A stretch of 8,470 nucleotides of DNA. It comes from Acaryochloris thomasi RCC1774. Its GTDB lineage: Bacteria; Cyanobacteriota; Cyanobacteriia; Thermosynechococcales; Thermosynechococcaceae. Numbering within the stretch: the first letter of the stretch is position 1; the number at the start of each line of letters is the position of its first letter. The stretch is taken from the NCBI RefSeq assembly GCF_003231495.1, contig NZ_PQWO01000050.1, positions 1 to 8,470 on the forward strand, given 5' to 3'. The position numbers and the translations under genes are program-made. The notes below the pieces were generated by a model. The model ran no database searches and had not been told where the DNA came from. It saw nothing but the letters and a program-made list of their open reading frames with translations. Positions 5,228 to 8,470 of this stretch are shown here, in pieces.

Positions 5228-5410
5228 ATGAAAGCCAAAGAAGGCAGAGGCAACTACAGCCGCCGAACATTCGCCCCACCCCGGACCACAGACCCCGACG
5301 AGACCCGACAGCAGTGGAACCAGAGAAATACTGAAGCTAGGGCCGTGGCAGCGCGGGAGAGGGCACAAGAGAGGCAAGGGGAGGCTTCAGAAGAGGAGAA
5401 GAGTTGCTGA
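5228..5410 (+). CDS. Small highly charged, probably disordered protein, 60 aa
   Basis: The ATG overlaps the TGA of a 4-codon mini-ORF (5217-5231). The sequence is rich in R, E, Q and T with no hydrophobic core, so the coding call is weaker. Confidence 0.45.
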   Translation: MKAKEGRGNYSRRTFAPPRTTDPDETRQQWNQRNTEARAVAARERAQERQGEASEEEKSC

Positions 5411-5420
5411 TAATGGTCCC

Positions 5421-5822
5421 ATGACAGACGAATTAAGAGCTGAGCTGCACAAACTGGGATGGAGCAATCCGGTCTTTATCGACGGCCAATACTGGGGGTT
5501 TTCGCCAGGGAGCGTTATGCCCACGCCGATTCCAGCAGATGTTATCAAAAAAGTGAAACCGCTTACACGCAAGACCAGCATCTACGCTGAATTTGAGGCA
5601 GGCTTCCTTATCCCGGATGAGAGCATCGAGATAATTGACCCCGCAGCAGATGAGAGCATCGCTGATTTTTTACAAGAAGCTCCTTATCAGGGGGTAAAGA
5701 GAATAACTGCAGCATTGACAGTAGCAATCATCACCCTATCTCTAGCCTACCTTCTCCTACCTACCAAAGAAGACATATATCGTCCCATCGAGCCTAATAC
5801 CGAATCCACTCAATCCAGATAA
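5421..5822 (+). CDS. Hypothetical C-terminally anchored membrane protein, 133 aa
   Basis: The ATG lies 10 nt after the upstream stop. A single hydrophobic segment, ITAALTVAIITLSLAYLLLP, sits near the C-terminus. Confidence 0.6.
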   Translation: MTDELRAELHKLGWSNPVFIDGQYWGFSPGSVMPTPIPADVIKKVKPLTRKTSIYAEFEAGFLIPDESIEIIDPAADESIADFLQEAPYQGVKRITAALTVAIITLSLAYLLLPTKEDIYRPIEPNTESTQSR

Positions 5823-6053
5823 AAACGCCAGCTCAAATTTAAATCAGCAGTTCTTATAAGCACATTCTGCTTTTGCCAAAATCCCTGATCGCTTACCCCT
5901 TGTATCTCCAAAGCATCCAAGCGAAAATAGGCTAACGCTTCCAGTGATGGCGTCTTTCAAAACATCACCGGCCCGGAAAACACCGGAATAACAAACACAG
6001 CTTTGCAACCAAACTGAAACCACCGCGCATCTCTACAGCGTGAAGGAGACACC

Positions 6054-6509
6054 ATGCTACATATTCTCGATCTAGCCACAAACACCTTACTCCTGGGTTT
6101 TGCCCTAGCCACACTGCAGGCGGCAATCGCCCTAACAGCAAATGCTTTACGTCGGAAGATTACAGCAGATTCATCAAGTGCCATCTCGTCAGAGGCAGCA
6201 AACGATAAGCTGGTAGAGGCAAAACCGACGCCTGCTCAAAAAGCAAGGCCAGAGAGTCCAACCCATACACTTATCACTCAGGCAAAGCAGCCCCCTACAG
6301 AGAAACGCCAGGGTGTTTCAAGGCCAGTGGTTACAGCAGCCCAAGCTGCAGATTTTGCCAAGAATAACCCACTCGCACCCGAGCCAATCGTCAGAGAGAC
6401 TGCGGCACCTCGAACGAAGCCTGTAGCCCAAGCGATCGCTAAGCCGAAGGCCGCAGCCCCAAGATCCTTAGCAGAGCTGTTAGTCTCAGAACATAACAAG
6501 AAAGCTTAG
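6054..6509 (+). CDS. Hypothetical membrane protein with a Pro/Ala/Lys-rich low-complexity tail, 151 aa
   Basis: ATG 5 nt after AGGAG (6044-6048), with a CTACA box at 6033-6037. The N-terminal hydrophobic segment is LATNTLLLGFALATLQAAIALTANAL. The rest is rich in P, A, K and Q. Confidence 0.55.
   Translation: MLHILDLATNTLLLGFALATLQAAIALTANALRRKITADSSSAISSEAANDKLVEAKPTPAQKARPESPTHTLITQAKQPPTEKRQGVSRPVVTAAQAADFAKNNPLAPEPIVRETAAPRTKPVAQAIAKPKAAAPRSLAELLVSEHNKKA
6432..6439. repeat. HIP1 octamer GCGATCGC
   Basis: Exact match, read as Ala-Ile-Ala in frame. Confidence 0.95.
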
Positions 6510-6514
6510 GAGGA

Positions 6515-7342
6515 CTGCCGTTCAACCTATCCATCATCACCGCCACCCATCACCGCCCTGATCTGCTCCGAGCGATCGCACTCCCGAGCCTTCTCAATCA
6601 GACCTGCCTCGATTTTGAGTGGGTCGTCATCAACGACGGCAAAGACCTCACCACCCGAGACCTACTGCAAAACTCAAGCTTTCCCTTCCACACCCACTAC
6701 ATCGAAATCGATCACCCTAAAGAGGGCTTTGGCCTTTGCATTGCCCGCAGTTTAGGGATTAATACGGCTCAGGGCGATCTCGTCTGCTATCTCGATGATG
6801 ACAACGAGCTGAGGCCCGAGTTCATTGCCAACATCCTGCACTGGTTCAAGCAATACCCTGATCACTTCGGCTGTCTGCCGCAGCAGTGGCGACGGCGGGA
6901 CGTGATCCACGAGGGGCAGGTGGTCAAAACAGGAAAGCCCTTCATCTCACCCCAGGCAGATGACACAATCTCGGACCTGATTGCTCAGCGATCGCTATTC
7001 GATAGCAACGGGTTCACCCACCGACGCCAGGGGGCACCCCACTGGAATCCTGACTATCGCGTGTTCTGTGACTACGAGTACTTTCTTCAGTGCTTGGCCG
7101 GTGGCCGGGAGATAGGGCTGAACCCTCAGGTGCTGGTGGATTACGTGCAGACATCTGAAGGTGAAATCGGTCGCTCTAACTATGGTCAGTGGGCGCAGGA
7201 GCTGCAGCAGCTCTACGAGGGGCGTCACGGGTATGATGGAATGGCGCAAGGCTGGGCAGACTGGATGCCCCAAGCGATCCACAAGTATCAGGACAAGGCT
7301 CAAGCATCGATACCCGGATTTAGGAGATCAGCCAATGGTTAA
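6515..7342 (+). CDS. Glycosyltransferase family 2 (GT-A fold), about 275 aa; start codon unresolved
   Basis: The frame is open from 6497, after a TAA at 6494-6496. My hand translation gives LSIITATHHRPDLLRAIALPSLLNQTCLDFEWVVINDG, then GDLVCYLDDDNEL (a DxD motif), then FDSNGFTHRR. This is a classic GT2 N-terminal architecture. The track starts only at GTG 6902, which would delete the nucleotide-binding half. There is no in-frame ATG, GTG or TTG between 6497 and 6901, so the start shown (CTG 6515) is a placeholder. Confidence 0.8.
   Translation: MPFNLSIITATHHRPDLLRAIALPSLLNQTCLDFEWVVINDGKDLTTRDLLQNSSFPFHTHYIEIDHPKEGFGLCIARSLGINTAQGDLVCYLDDDNELRPEFIANILHWFKQYPDHFGCLPQQWRRRDVIHEGQVVKTGKPFISPQADDTISDLIAQRSLFDSNGFTHRRQGAPHWNPDYRVFCDYEYFLQCLAGGREIGLNPQVLVDYVQTSEGEIGRSNYGQWAQELQQLYEGRHGYDGMAQGWADWMPQAIHKYQDKAQASIPGFRRSANG
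6572..6579. repeat. HIP1 octamer GCGATCGC
   Basis: Exact match, read as Ala-Ile-Ala in the GT2 frame. This supports the view that 6515-6901 is coding. Confidence 0.95.
6988..6995. repeat. HIP1 octamer GCGATCGC
   Basis: Exact match. It is the only copy not read as Ala-Ile-Ala; here it reads Gln-Arg-Ser-Leu. Confidence 0.95.
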
Positions 7343-7820
7343 TCAAGTCGTCAAGACAGACAAGCTAACACCTGTGGTAGAGACGATCTTTCACTGGAAG
7401 GTAGGAGATTCTAGCCATTGTTTGCTGAGGATTTACAGGGACGAGCGAGAGGAGCAGGTCATTGTTGTCCTGTCAGAGATTGCCAGCAATCAAGACAATA
7501 CAAGTATCACCCGTGATTTCGAGGCTGTCGTTAATGCCGTCGCAGTGGGGCTTCAAGGTTATCTAGGCTCGGATGTTGCAAAGGTGAATTGGTTGAAGCA
7601 TTATGGCCGATTCTCAGAGCGACCAACATACGAGAATCAGTATGATCCTGAATTCTTCAGGAAATTCCAATTTGAATGGGACTCAGGATATCCCACTCAG
7701 CTCGAAAATGATATCTACATCCACTTAGAGCAAACTAACACCCTATTCCCAGCCTTAGAGTTAGGCTTGGGAGAACAAGTAGACACCGGCATATACGGAA
7801 CTACCATTTTTAATGGATGA
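7335..7820 (+). CDS. Hypothetical protein, 161 aa
   Basis: I re-called the start at ATG 7335, with AGGAGA at 7322-7327. It overlaps the GT2 stop by 8 nt (ATGGTTAA). The track start at 7161 lies inside the GT2 gene in another frame. I recognise no motif. Confidence 0.65.
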   Translation: MVNQVVKTDKLTPVVETIFHWKVGDSSHCLLRIYRDEREEQVIVVLSEIASNQDNTSITRDFEAVVNAVAVGLQGYLGSDVAKVNWLKHYGRFSERPTYENQYDPEFFRKFQFEWDSGYPTQLENDIYIHLEQTNTLFPALELGLGEQVDTGIYGTTIFNG

Positions 7821-8470
7821 GGTACGTGGTAGAGAGATTCTGCCTTCGGTCAAAGAACGGTGTGAGGTTTACCGCAGCAACTTAGCAGACAAGAACATCA
7901 AAATTGTTCGCTTTGCACCTGGCATTAACGAACATATCGATATGCTGCCGCAATATGAAGCAGCTCGATACTCAACAGAAAGCAAGATAAAAACCTTTCA
8001 GCACCTTAATTGCAACGTTGAAAGCCTACTGCTACCTCAAGAGACCTCCGTAAAAGAATTTAATAGGTTGCTTACACAGCTCAATAGCAACCCCAACACA
8101 GTTGGTATCATCGTCCAGAATCCTGTCCCAAAGGATCTTCGTGACAGCTTCGATCTGATTGGCTTCGAGAAAGACCTCGACGGGATGCGGACAGATAACC
8201 CATACTTCTCAACCTCAGCTACCTCAGAGACCATCTATCGCTTAGTCGAGTCTTTCGCTCAAGAGGGAGACACCGTAGCTGTTGTCGGAGCCAGAGGTTT
8301 TGTTGGTAGGGGCGTTGTCAAGCTGCTCAAAGAGGCGGGCATCGAGTTAGCGGCTAGAAGGTCTGGGTTAAGGATTAGTAGCGAGAGGCAGAGTTTGCCG
8401 ATCAACCCAATAGAGATCCCATGCCCGATTGAGCATGACTGTCTTCATTGCAGCGAGTGCATCAGCCGTG
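7813..8470 (+). CDS. Divergent FolD-like (methylene-tetrahydrofolate dehydrogenase/cyclohydrolase family) protein; partial, runs off the window
   Basis: It is absent from the track because no stop is reached. The ATG at 7813 overlaps the upstream stop (ATGGATGA). My hand translation shows several FolD-like stretches. These are YSTESKIKTFQHL (the Y...K.K region), LPQETSVKEFNRLLTQLNSNPNTVGIIVQNPVP (compare E. coli [33 protein letters not shown]), EKDLDGM (compare KDVDGF) and VAVVGARGFVGRGVVKLLKEAG (the Rossmann Gly loop). Similarity is lost after about 8350. Confidence 0.7.
   Translation, partial: MDEVRGREILPSVKERCEVYRSNLADKNIKIVRFAPGINEHIDMLPQYEAARYSTESKIKTFQHLNCNVESLLLPQETSVKEFNRLLTQLNSNPNTVGIIVQNPVPKDLRDSFDLIGFEKDLDGMRTDNPYFSTSATSETIYRLVESFAQEGDTVAVVGARGFVGRGVVKLLKEAGIELAARRSGLRISSERQSLPINPIEIPCPIEHDCLHCSECISR

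Noticed and set aside
5846-5876. The hairpin AGCAG...CTGCT plus TTTG after the 5421-5822 gene read as a terminator
   Set aside because: The stem is only 5 bp, the loop is 16 nt and the T-run is short. This is too weak to call, although transcription may well end somewhere in 5823-6030.
5180-6499. Minus-strand ORFs 5180-5377, 5387-5581, 5957-6184 and 6278-6499
   Set aside because: They are antisense to the coupled + strand genes. ORF 5957-6184 also overlaps the SD and start of the 6054 gene. Their composition is poor and no start signals are visible.
6486-6520. A programmed frameshift fusing the 6054-6509 protein to the GT2 domain
   Set aside because: It would need a -1 shift between 6497 and 6509. 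The sequence C AAG AAA GCT TAG has no X-XXY-YYZ slippery heptamer, and re-pairing in the -1 frame is poor. GT2 enzymes normally begin with the catalytic domain.
7161-7334. The 5' extension of the 219-aa ORF
   Set aside because: It lies entirely within the GT2 coding region in another frame and gives S/R/T-rich sequence. ATG 7335 has AGGAGA upstream and overlaps the GT2 stop.
6995-8234. Minus-strand ORFs 6995-7303 and 8037-8234
   Set aside because: They are antisense shadows of the GT2 and FolD-like genes, both of which carry clear family motifs on the + strand.
1-8470. tRNA, rRNA, transposase, integrase, or terminal inverted repeats of an IS element
   Set aside because: I could find no cloverleaf-compatible sequence, no rRNA-like conserved blocks and no DDE, tyrosine or serine recombinase motifs in any frame. 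Mobile-element status is inferred only from gene content and organisation.

Overview
The window looks like a cyanobacterial accessory or mobile-element-like region. It carries 9 perfect HIP1 octamers (GCGATCGC), against about 0.13 expected by chance in 8.47 kb. No rRNA, tRNA, CRISPR array, transposase or integrase is recognisable. The layout has five parts. (i) At 212-472 there is a small conserved-hypothetical gene on the + strand. (ii) At 445-1090 there is a minus-strand, translationally coupled three-gene operon led by a ribbon-helix-helix protein. It faces an AT-rich divergent control region that holds a perfect 20-bp palindrome. (iii) From 1286 to 6509 runs a + strand array of about 14 small ORFs, none with a recognisable enzymatic domain. 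It includes two tandem DUF6876-like paralogues, a second paralogue pair (the 3941 and 4512 ORFs share an N-terminal module) and three single-pass membrane proteins. The first four gene junctions are punctuated by homologous 60-80 nt intergenic modules made of a GC hairpin, a CTACA-purine box and an SD. (iv) From 6515 to the window end there is an overlapping operon: a family-2 glycosyltransferase with no canonical start codon, a 161-aa unknown, and a divergent FolD-like protein that runs off the window. The last ~100 nt look like a junction with a convergent gene. (v) A 35-nt nested palindrome occurs twice and reads like a HIP1 site split by a 22-nt insert. Several track ORFs are over-extended at the 5' end, and I re-called their starts from SD spacing, coupling and family N-termini. 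All functional calls rest on motif recognition by eye, since no searches were run.
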